A stretch of DNA of 23,647 bases. Source: a virus (Duplodnaviria > Heunggongvirae > Uroviricota > Caudoviricetes). Location of the stretch: IMG/VR virus record IMGVR_UViG_2706794675_000002. One strand, written 5' to 3'. Positions 11,704 to 19,015 of this stretch are shown here, piece by piece. The translations under genes and the position numbers were made by a program. The notes under the pieces are model-generated. The model was not told where the DNA came from and made no database searches. It worked only from the letters and a program-made list of their open reading frames with translations. Within the stretch, counting starts at the first letter, position 1; the number at the start of each line of letters is the position of its first letter.

Positions 11704-14257
11704 ACCGGTAGGCGATCTGGTCGTTGATTTGAGTCTGGATGCGGCCAGATTTGACGAGCAGATGGCCAGAGTCAGGCGTCATTTTTCCGGTACGGAAAGT
11801 GATGCGAAAAAAACAGCGGCAGTCGTTGAACAGTCGCTGAGCCGACAGGCGCTGGCTGCACAGAAAGCGGGGATTTCCGTCGGGCAGTATAAAGCCGCCA
11901 TGCGTATGCTGCCTGCACAGTTCACCGACGTGGCCACGCAGCTTGCAGGGGGGCAGAATCCCTGGCTGATCCTGCTGCAACAGGGTGGTCAGGTTAAGGA
12001 CTCCTTCGGCGGGATGATCCCCATGTTCAGGGGGCTTGCCGGCGCGATCACCCTGCCGATGGTGGGGGCCACCTCGCTGGCGGTGGCGACCGGTGCGCTG
12101 GCGTATGCCTGGTATCAGGGCAACTCAACCCTGTCCGATTTCAACAAAACGCTGGTCCTTTCCGGTAATCAGGCGGGACTGACGGCAGATCGTATGCTGG
12201 TCCTGTCCAGAGCCGGGCAGGCGGCAGGGCTGACGTTTAACCAGACCAGCGAGTCACTCAGCGCACTGGTTAAGGCGGGGGTAAGCGGTGAGGCTCAGAT
12301 TGCGTCCATCAGCCAGAGTGTGGCGCGTTTCTCCTATGCATCCGGCGTGGAGGTGGACAAGGTCGCTGAAGCCTTCGGGAAGCTGACCACAGACCCGACG
12401 TCGGGGCTGACGGCGATGGCACGCCAGTTCCATAACGTGACGGCGGAGCAGATTGCGTATGTTGCTCAGTTGCAGCGTTCCGGCGATGAAGCCGGGGCAT
12501 TGCAGGCGGCGAACGAGGCCGCAACGAAAGGGTTTGATGACCAGACCCGCCGCCTGAAAGAGAACATGGGCACGCTGGAGACCTGGGCAGACAGGACTGC
12601 ACGTGCATTCAAATCCATGTGGGATGCGGTGCTGGATATTGGTCGTCCTGATACCGCGCAGGAGATGCTGATTAAGGCAGAGGCTGCGTTTAAGAAAGCA
12701 GACGACATCTGGAATCTGCGCAAGGATGATTATTTCGTTAACGATGAAGCACGGGCGCGTTACTGGGATGATCGTGAAAAAAAACGCCTGGAGCGGGATG
12801 CAGCCCAAAAGAGGGTAGATCAACAGCGTCAACAGGACAAAAATGCGCAGCAGCAGAGCGATACCGAAGCGTCACGGCTGAAATATACCGAAGAGGCGCA
12901 GAAGGCTTACGAACGGCTGCAGACGCCGCTGGAGAAATATACCGCCCGTCAGGAAGAACTGAACAAGGCACTGAAAGACGGAAAAATCCTGCAGGCAGAT
13001 TACAACACGCTGATGGCGGCGGCGAAAAAGGATTATGAAGCGACGCTGAAAAAGCCGAAACAGTCCGGCGTGAAGGTGTATGCGGGCGATCGTCAGGAAG
13101 ACAGTGCTCATGCGGCCCTGCTGACGCTTCAGGCAGAACTCCGGACGCTGGAGAAGCATGCCGGAGCGAATGAGAAAATCAGCCAGCAGCGCCGGGATTT
13201 GTGGAAGGCAGAAAGTCAGTTCGCGGTACTGGAGGAGGCGGCACAACGTCGCCAGCTGTCCGCACAGGAGAAATCCCTGCTGGCGCATAAAGACGAGACG
13301 CTGGAGTACAAACGCCAGCTGGCTGCACTTGGTGACAAGGTTACGTATCAGGAGCACCTGAATGCGCTGGCGCAGCAGGCGGATAAATTCGCACAGCAGC
13401 AACGGGCAAAACGGGCAGCCATTGATGCGAAAAACCGGGGGCTGACTGACCGGCAGGCAGCGCGGGAAGCCACGGAACAGCGCCTGAAGGAACAGTATGG
13501 CGATAATCCTCTGGCGCTGAATAACGTCATGTCAGAGCAGAAAAAGACCTGGGCGGCTGAAGACCAGCTTCGCGGGAGCTGGATGGCAGGCCTGAAGTCC
13601 GGCTGGAGTGAGTGGGAAGAGAGCGCCACGGACAGTATGTCACAGGTTAAAAGTGCAGCCACGCAGACCTTTGATGGTATTGCACAGAATATGGCGGCGA
13701 TGCTGACCGGCAGTGAACAGAACTGGCGCAGCTTCACCCGCTCCGTGCTGTCCATGATGACAGAAATTCTGCTTAAGCAGGCAATGGTGGGGATTGTCGG
13801 GAGTATCGGCAGCGCCATTGGCGGGGCTGTTGGTGGCGGCGCATCCGCGTCAGGTGGTACAGCCATTCAGGCCGCTGCGGTGAAATTCCATTTTGCAACC
13901 GGGGGATTTACGGGAACCGGCGGCAAATATGAGCCAGCGGGGATTGTTCACCGTGGTGAATTTGTCTTCACGAAGGAGGCAACCAGCCGGATTGGCGTGG
14001 GGAATCTCTACCGGCTGATGCGCGGCTATGCGGAAGGTGGTTATGTGGGCGGTGCCGGAAGTCCGGCGCAGATGCGGCGGGCTGAAGGCATTAATTTTAA
14101 TCAGAACAATCACGTGGTGATTCAGAACGACGGTACGAATGGTCTGCCAGGTCCACAGATGATGAAGGCCGTGTATGACATGGCCCGCAAGGGTGCCCGT
14201 GATGAAATTCAGACACAGATGCGTGATGGTGGCCTGTTCTCCGGAGGTGGACGATGA
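11696..14257 (+). CDS. H: tail tape measure protein H (853 aa)
   Basis: 853-aa ORF starting directly after T (same length as lambda gpH), with long Ala/Gln/Glu-rich helical regions and a Gly-rich C-terminal part. ATGA overlap with M at the 3' end. Confidence 0.96.
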   Translation: MAEPVGDLVVDLSLDAARFDEQMARVRRHFSGTESDAKKTAAVVEQSLSRQALAAQKAGISVGQYKAAMRMLPAQFTDVATQLAGGQNPWLILLQQGGQVKDSFGGMIPMFRGLAGAITLPMVGATSLAVATGALAYAWYQGNSTLSDFNKTLVLSGNQAGLTADRMLVLSRAGQAAGLTFNQTSESLSALVKAGVSGEAQIASISQSVARFSYASGVEVDKVAEAFGKLTTDPTSGLTAMARQFHNVTAEQIAYVAQLQRSGDEAGALQAANEAATKGFDDQTRRLKENMGTLETWADRTARAFKSMWDAVLDIGRPDTAQEMLIKAEAAFKKADDIWNLRKDDYFVNDEARARYWDDREKKRLERDAAQKRVDQQRQQDKNAQQQSDTEASRLKYTEEAQKAYERLQTPLEKYTARQEELNKALKDGKILQADYNTLMAAAKKDYEATLKKPKQSGVKVYAGDRQEDSAHAALLTLQAELRTLEKHAGANEKISQQRRDLWKAESQFAVLEEAAQRRQLSAQEKSLLAHKDETLEYKRQLAALGDKVTYQEHLNALAQQADKFAQQQRAKRAAIDAKNRGLTDRQAAREATEQRLKEQYGDNPLALNNVMSEQKKTWAAEDQLRGSWMAGLKSGWSEWEESATDSMSQVKSAATQTFDGIAQNMAAMLTGSEQNWRSFTRSVLSMMTEILLKQAMVGIVGSIGSAIGGAVGGGASASGGTAIQAAAVKFHFATGGFTGTGGKYEPAGIVHRGEFVFTKEATSRIGVGNLYRLMRGYAEGGYVGGAGSPAQMRRAEGINFNQNNHVVIQNDGTNGLPGPQMMKAVYDMARKGARDEIQTQMRDGGLFSGGGR

Positions 14258-14583
14258 AAACCTTCCGCTGGAAAGTGAAACCCGGTATGGATGTGGCTTC
14301 GGCCCCTTCTGTAAGAAAGGTGCGCTTTGGTGATGGCTATTCCCAGCGAGCGCCTGCCGGGCTGAATGCCAACCTGAAAACGTACAGCGTGACGCTTTCT
14401 GTCCCCCGTGAGGAGGCCATGGTACTGGAGTCGTTTCTGGAAGAGCACGGGGGCTGGAAAGCCTTTCTGTGGACGCCGCCTTATGAGTGGCGGCAGATAA
14501 AGGTGACCTGCGCAAAATGGTCGTCGCGGGTCAGTATGCTGCGTGTTGAGTTCAGCGCAGAGTTTGAACAGGTGGTGAACTGA
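14254..14583 (+). CDS. M: minor tail protein M (109 aa)
   Basis: Translation MKTFRWKVKPGMDVASAPSVRKVRFGDGYSQRAPAGLNANLKTYSVTLSVPREEAMVLESFLEEHGGWKAFLWTPPYEWRQIKV... matches lambda gpM; same position and length. Confidence 0.95.
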   Translation: MKTFRWKVKPGMDVASAPSVRKVRFGDGYSQRAPAGLNANLKTYSVTLSVPREEAMVLESFLEEHGGWKAFLWTPPYEWRQIKVTCAKWSSRVSMLRVEFSAEFEQVVN

Positions 14584-15281
14584 TGCAGGATATCCGGCAG
14601 GAAACACTGAATGAATGCACCCGTGCGGAGCAGTCGGCCAGCGTGGTGCTCTGGGAAATCGATCTGACAGAGGTCGGTGGAGAACGTTATTTTTTCTGTA
14701 ATGAGCAGAACGAAAAAGGTGAGCCGGTCACCTGGCAGGGGCGACAGTATCAGCCGTATCCCATTCAGGGGAGTGGTTTTGAACTGAATGGCAAAGGCAC
14801 CAGTACGCGCCCCACGCTGATGGTTTCTAACCTGTACGGTATGGTCACCGGGATGGCGGAAGATCTACAGAGTCTGGTCGGCGGAACGGTGGTCCGGCGT
14901 AAGGTTTACGCCCGTTTTCTGGATGCGGTGAACTTCGTCAACGGAAACAGTGACGCCGATCCGGAGCAGGAGGTGATCAGCCGCTGGCGCATTGAGCAGT
15001 GCAGCGAACTGAGCGCGGTGAGTGCCTCTTTTGTACTGTCCACGCCGACGGAAACAGATGGCGCTGTTTTTCCGGGACGTATCATGCTGGCCAACACCTG
15101 CACCTGGACCTATCGCGGCGATGAGTGCGGTTATCACGGTCCGGCGGTCGCGGATGAATATGACCAGCCAACGTCCGACATCACGAAGGATAAATGCAGC
15201 AAATGCCTGAGTGGCTGTAAGTTTCGCAATAACGTCGGCAACTTTGGCGGCTTCCTTTCCATTAACAAACTTTCGCAGTAA
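14583..15281 (+). CDS. L: minor tail protein L (232 aa)
   Basis: TGATG overlap with M. Translation MQDIRQETLNECTRAEQSASVVLWEIDLTEVGGERYFFCNEQNEKGEPVTWQGRQYQPYPIQGSGFELNGKG... matches lambda gpL. Confidence 0.95.
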   Translation: MQDIRQETLNECTRAEQSASVVLWEIDLTEVGGERYFFCNEQNEKGEPVTWQGRQYQPYPIQGSGFELNGKGTSTRPTLMVSNLYGMVTGMAEDLQSLVGGTVVRRKVYARFLDAVNFVNGNSDADPEQEVISRWRIEQCSELSAVSASFVLSTPTETDGAVFPGRIMLANTCTWTYRGDECGYHGPAVADEYDQPTSDITKDKCSKCLSGCKFRNNVGNFGGFLSINKLSQ

Positions 15282-15286
15282 ATCCC

Positions 15287-15451
15287 ATGACAGAGACAGA
15301 ATCAGCGATTCTGGCGCACGCCCGGCGATGTGCTCCAGCGGAGTCGTGCGGCTTCGTGGTAAGAACGCCGGAGGGGGAAAGATATTTCCCCTGCGTGAAT
15401 ATCTCCGGTGAGCCGGAGGCGTATTTCCGTATGTCGCCGGAAGACTGGCTG
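15287..15451 (+). CDS. K: tail tip assembly protein K, N-terminal 55 codons only, truncated by N-run
   Basis: MTETESAILAHARRCAPAESCGFVVRTPEGERYFPCVNISGEPEAYFRMSPEDWL then N. Starts 6 nt after L. The classical lambda K annotation begins at the internal Met (MSPEDWL), 48 codons downstream. Confidence 0.85.
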
Positions 15452-15701
15452 NNNNNNNNNNNNNNNNNNNNNNNNNNNNNNNNNNNNNNNNNNNNNNNNN
15501 NNNNNNNNNNNNNNNNNNNNNNNNNNNNNNNNNNNNNNNNNNNNNNNNNNNNNNNNNNNNNNNNNNNNNNNNNNNNNNNNNNNNNNNNNNNNNNNNNNNN
15601 NNNNNNNNNNNNNNNNNNNNNNNNNNNNNNNNNNNNNNNNNNNNNNNNNNNNNNNNNNNNNNNNNNNNNNNNNNNNNNNNNNNNNNNNNNNNNNNNNNNN
15701 N
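15452..15701. other. run of 250 N; junction between K N-terminus and an unrelated tape-measure C-terminus
   Basis: Literal n characters. The flanking coding sequences cannot be contiguous parts of one gene. Confidence 1.
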
Positions 15702-15917
15702 GCTGATGGTAAGCTGGGGGGTGTGGCGGATACTGGTGGTTCAGGCATGGTGATGTTTGCCCCGCAGTACAACATTGAGATCAATAACGATGGCACGAAC
15801 GGGCAGATAGGTCCGGCTGCCCTGAAGGTGGTTTATGACCTCGGGAAAAAAGCGGCCGCGGACTTTATGCAACAGCAGGCCCGTGATGGTGGCCGGTTAA
15901 GTGGAGCATACCGGTAA
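15702..15917 (+). CDS. C-terminal ~71 codons of a second, divergent tape measure protein (H-like), 5' part missing in the gap
   Basis: ...GVADTGGSGMVMFAPQYNIEINNDGTNGQIGPAALKVVYDLGKKAAADFMQQQARDGGRLSGAYR parallels the C-terminus of H at 11696..14257 (...HVVIQNDGTNGLPGPQMMKAVYDMARKGARDEIQTQMRDGGLFSGGGR) at roughly half identity. Followed by an M-like gene with a TAATG overlap. Confidence 0.75.
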   Translation, partial: ADGKLGGVADTGGSGMVMFAPQYNIEINNDGTNGQIGPAALKVVYDLGKKAAADFMQQQARDGGRLSGAYR

Positions 15918-16246
15918 TGGAGACGTTTCACTGGAAAGTGCGCCCGGATATGAATGTGGTATCAGAGCCGAAAGTGGTGACAGTGAAGCTGGGCGATGGT
16001 TATGAACAGCGTCGTGCGGCGGGACTGAATAACCAGTTGTCGACTTACAGCGTGAAGATACGTGTTCGTAAAGGTGAACACCCATTTTTAAAAGCCTTTC
16101 TGGAACGGCACGGTGGCGTCCGCGCATTTCAGTGGACGCCACCTTATGACTGGAAGCCGATCAGGGTGGTTTGTCGTAAATGGTCGGCAAGCGTGGGGGC
16201 GTTGTGGGTAACCATAACGGCAGATTTTGAACAGGTCGTGGCATAG
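15917..16246 (+). CDS. minor tail protein M, second divergent copy (109 aa)
   Basis: Same length as M; clearly homologous but substantially diverged by eye (METFHWKVRPDMNVVSEPKVVTVKLGDGYEQRRAAGLNNQLSTYSV...FQWTPPYDWKPIRVVCRKWSASVGALWVTITADFEQVVA). Confidence 0.9.
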   Translation: METFHWKVRPDMNVVSEPKVVTVKLGDGYEQRRAAGLNNQLSTYSVKIRVRKGEHPFLKAFLERHGGVRAFQWTPPYDWKPIRVVCRKWSASVGALWVTITADFEQVVA

Positions 16247-16255
16247 GAGGCTCTG

Positions 16256-16954
16256 ATGCAGGATATTCCACAGGAAACACATCATGAGACGACACGCCTC
16301 ACTCAGTCAGCCCAGGTGGTGCTCTGGGAAATCGATCTGACAGAGGTCGGTGGTGAACGTTATTTTTTCTGTAATGAGCAGAACGAAAAAGGTGAGCCGG
16401 TTACCTGGCAGGGGCGGCAGTATCAGGCATACCCCATTCAGGGGACGGGATTTGAACTGAACGGCAAGGGCAGTGCTGCCCGTCCGACACTGACGGTTTC
16501 TAACCTGCACGGAATGGTCACCGGGATGGCGGAAGACCTGCAGAGTCTGGTCGGCGGAACGGTGGTCAGGCGTAAGGTTTACGCCCGTTTTCTGGATGCG
16601 GTGAACTTCGTCAACGGAAACAGCGACGCCGATCCGGAACAGGAGGTGATCAGCCGCTGGCGCATCGAGCAGTGCAGCGAACTGAGCGCGGTCAGTGCCT
16701 CTTTTGTGCTGGCCACACCAACGGAGACGGATGGCGCGGTTTTCCCGGGGCGTATCATGCTGGCGAATACCTGTATGTGGACTTACCGTTCTGATGAGTG
16801 TGGTTACACGGGCAGGGCAGTGGCTGACGAGTTCGACAAACCAACGACGGATATCCGGAAGGACAAATGCAGCAAGTGTATGCGCGGGTGTGAGTTGCGC
16901 AACAATACCGGTAATTTCGGCGGTTTCCTTTCCATCAATAAACTTTCTCAGTAA
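16256..16954 (+). CDS. minor tail protein L, second copy (232 aa, highly similar to the first)
   Basis: GGAGG SD before ATG. The protein is highly similar to L at 14583..15281, with long stretches of identical DNA (e.g. gtggtgctctgggaaatcgatctgacagaggtcggtgg). Confidence 0.93.
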   Translation: MQDIPQETHHETTRLTQSAQVVLWEIDLTEVGGERYFFCNEQNEKGEPVTWQGRQYQAYPIQGTGFELNGKGSAARPTLTVSNLHGMVTGMAEDLQSLVGGTVVRRKVYARFLDAVNFVNGNSDADPEQEVISRWRIEQCSELSAVSASFVLATPTETDGAVFPGRIMLANTCMWTYRSDECGYTGRAVADEFDKPTTDIRKDKCSKCMRGCELRNNTGNFGGFLSINKLSQ

Positions 16955-16958
16955 ATCC

Positions 16959-17702
16959 ATGACACAGACAGAATCAGCGATTCTGGCGCACGCCCGGCGA
17001 TGTGCGCCAGCGGAGTCGTGTGGCTTCGTGGTAAGAACGCCGGAGGGAGACAGGTATCTTCCCAGCGAGAATATCTCCGGTGAGCCGGAGGAACGGTTCC
17101 GGATGGCTCCGGAGGACTGGCTGCGGGCACAAATGCAGGGTGAGATTGTGGCGCTGGTCCACAGTCATCCCGGTGGTCTGCCCTGGCTGAGTGAGGCTGA
17201 CCGGCGGCTGCAGGTGCAGAGTGATTTGCCGTGGTGGCTGGTCTGCCGGGGGGCGATTCACAAGTTCCGCTGTGTGCCACATCTTACCGGGCGGCGCTTT
17301 GAGCACGGGGTGACGGACTGTTACACGCTGTTCCGGGATGCTTACCATCTGGCGGGGATTGAGATGCCGGATTTTCATCGTGAGGATGACTGGTGGCGTC
17401 ACGGTCAGAATCTCTATCTGGATAATCTGGAGGCCACAGGGCTGTATCAGGTGCCGTTGTCAGCGGCGCAGCCGGGCGATGTGCTGCTGTGCTGTTTTGG
17501 TTCATCGGTGCCGAATCATGCCGCCATTTACTGTGGTGACGGCGAGCTGCTGCACCATATTCCTGAACAACTGAGCAAACGAGAGAGGTATACCGACAAA
17601 TGGCAGCGACGCACACACTCCCTCTGGCGTCACCGGGCATGGCACGCATCTGCCTTTACGGGGATTTGCAACGATTTGGCCGCCGCATCGACCTTCGTGT
17701 GA
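16959..17702 (+). CDS. tail tip assembly protein K, full length (247 aa) with JAB/MPN-like motif and NlpC/P60-like C-terminal part
   Basis: ATG at 16959, 5 nt after the second L copy. MTQTESAILAHARRCAPAESCGF... contains HSHPGGLPWLSEAD (HxH...S..D metal-binding motif typical of JAB/MPN). The C-terminal half carries the Cys/His residues seen in lambda gpK. The ORF-track start at 16695 is an upstream extension inside L. Confidence 0.88.
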   Translation: MTQTESAILAHARRCAPAESCGFVVRTPEGDRYLPSENISGEPEERFRMAPEDWLRAQMQGEIVALVHSHPGGLPWLSEADRRLQVQSDLPWWLVCRGAIHKFRCVPHLTGRRFEHGVTDCYTLFRDAYHLAGIEMPDFHREDDWWRHGQNLYLDNLEATGLYQVPLSAAQPGDVLLCCFGSSVPNHAAIYCGDGELLHHIPEQLSKRERYTDKWQRRTHSLWRHRAWHASAFTGICNDLAAASTFV

Positions 17703-17847
17703 AAACGGGTGCCGAAGCCATCCGGGCGATGGCCACACAGCTCCCTGCGTTTCGTCAGAAGCTGAGCGACGGCTGGTATCAGGTGCGTATTGCCGGGCAG
17801 GATGTTAGCACGTCCGGATTAACGGCACAGTTACATGAGGCTCTGCC
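17600..17847 (+). CDS. tail tip assembly protein I, N-terminal 83 codons, truncated by N-run
   Basis: MAATHTLPLASPGMARICLYGDLQRFGRRIDLRVKTGAEAIRAMATQLPAFRQKLSDGWYQVRIAGQDVSTSGLTAQLHEAL then N. Overlaps the 3' end of K by ~100 bp as in lambda. Confidence 0.85.
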
Positions 17848-18112
17848 NNNNNNNNNNNNNNNNNNNNNNNNNNNNNNNNNNNNNNNNNNNNNNNNNNNNN
17901 NNNNNNNNNNNNNNNNNNNNNNNNNNNNNNNNNNNNNNNNNNNNNNNNNNNNNNNNNNNNNNNNNNNNNNNNNNNNNNNNNNNNNNNNNNNNNNNNNNNN
18001 NNNNNNNNNNNNNNNNNNNNNNNNNNNNNNNNNNNNNNNNNNNNNNNNNNNNNNNNNNNNNNNNNNNNNNNNNNNNNNNNNNNNNNNNNNNNNNNNNNNN
18101 NNNNNNNNNNNN
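17848..18112. other. run of 265 N; junction between I N-terminus and a third K 3' fragment
   Basis: Literal n characters. Confidence 1.
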
Positions 18113-18113
18113 T

Positions 18114-18416
18114 AACGGTCAGAATCTCTATCTTGACAATATGGAGGTGACGGGTTTTTACCGTGTCGCACTGACAGAGGCACAGCCGGGCGATGTGCTG
18201 CTGTGCTGTTTTGGTTCATCGGTGCCGAATCATGCCGCCATTTACTGCGGTGACGGCGGGCTGCTGCACCATATTCCTGAACAACTGAGCAAACGAGAGA
18301 GGTACACCGACAAATGGCAGCGACGCACACACTCCCTCTGGCGTCACCGGGCATGGCGCGCATCTGCCTTTACGGGGATTTACAACGATTTGGTCGCCGC
18401 ATCGACCTTCGTGTGA
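18114..18416 (+). CDS. C-terminal ~100 codons of a further K copy, 5' part missing in the gap
   Basis: NGQNLYLDNMEVTGFYRVALTEAQPGDVLLCCFGSSVPNHAAIYCGDGGLLHHIPEQLSKRERYTDKWQRRTHSLWRHRAWRASAFTGIYNDLVAASTFV is near-identical to the C-terminus of K at 16959..17702. Confidence 0.85.
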   Translation, partial: NGQNLYLDNMEVTGFYRVALTEAQPGDVLLCCFGSSVPNHAAIYCGDGGLLHHIPEQLSKRERYTDKWQRRTHSLWRHRAWRASAFTGIYNDLVAASTFV

Positions 18417-18955
18417 AAACGGGGGCTGAAGCCATCCGGGCACTGGCCACACAGCTCCCGGCGTTTCGTCAGAAACTGAGTGACGGCTGGTATCAGGTGC
18501 GCATTGCCGGGCGTGATGCAGGTGAAACCGAATTGTCTGCCCGTCTTAATGAGCCGCTGGCAAATGGTGCAGTGATCCACATAGTACCGCGTCTGGTGGG
18601 AGCTAAAAGTGGCGGTGTGTTTCAGGCGGTGCTGGGGGCGGCTGTTATGGCGGTTGCTATATGGATGCCGGGGGTAGGAATTATGGCGAGTAATCTGCTG
18701 TTTTCTCTCGGTGCCAGTATGACGCTTGGCGGTGTTGCACAGATGCTGGCACCGAAAGCCAGAACTCCCCGTACACAGACAACGGATAACGGTAAGCAGA
18801 ACACGTATTTCTCGTCACTGGATAACATGGTTGCCCAGGGCAATGTTCTGCCCGTTCTGTACGGTGAAATGCGCGTGGGGTCACGTGTGGTTTCTCAGGA
18901 GATCAGCACGGCAGACGAAGGGGATGGTGGTCAGGTTGTGGTGATTGGTCGCTGA
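18314..18955 (+). CDS. I: tail tip assembly protein I, full length (213 aa)
   Basis: Same N-terminus as the truncated I copy; hydrophobic Gly/Ala-rich middle and the C-terminal ...NVLPVLYGEMRVGSRVVSQEISTADEGDGGQVVVIGR as in lambda gpI. Confidence 0.93.
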   Translation: MAATHTLPLASPGMARICLYGDLQRFGRRIDLRVKTGAEAIRALATQLPAFRQKLSDGWYQVRIAGRDAGETELSARLNEPLANGAVIHIVPRLVGAKSGGVFQAVLGAAVMAVAIWMPGVGIMASNLLFSLGASMTLGGVAQMLAPKARTPRTQTTDNGKQNTYFSSLDNMVAQGNVLPVLYGEMRVGSRVVSQEISTADEGDGGQVVVIGR

Positions 18956-18973
18956 TGCAAAATGTTTTATGTG

Positions 18974-18994
18974 AAACCGCCTGCGGGCGGTTTT
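18974..18994 (+). terminator. GC-rich hairpin followed by T-run between I and J (terminator or attenuator-like)
   Basis: aaaccgcc-tgcg-ggcggttt: 8-bp stem, 4-nt loop, then T. Located in the 60-bp I-J spacer. Confidence 0.4.
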
Positions 18995-19015
18995 GTCGTT
19001 TATGGAGCGTGAGGA

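Noticed and set aside
12254-14515. Several 170-220-aa minus-strand ORFs inside the tape measure gene H
   Set aside because: The tape measure sequence is biased and low in stop codons on the opposite strand; these are chance frames.
16307-16960. 217-aa minus-strand ORF inside the second L copy (with similar antisense ORFs at 14865..15137 and 5758..6249)
   Set aside because: Antisense shadows of conserved structural genes, with no SD or independent signal.
17600-18416. ORF-track ORFs 17600..18115 and 17835..18416 that run through the N-run
   Set aside because: The X stretch is an artefact of translating N; only the real flanking sequence was annotated, as partial I and a K 3' fragment.
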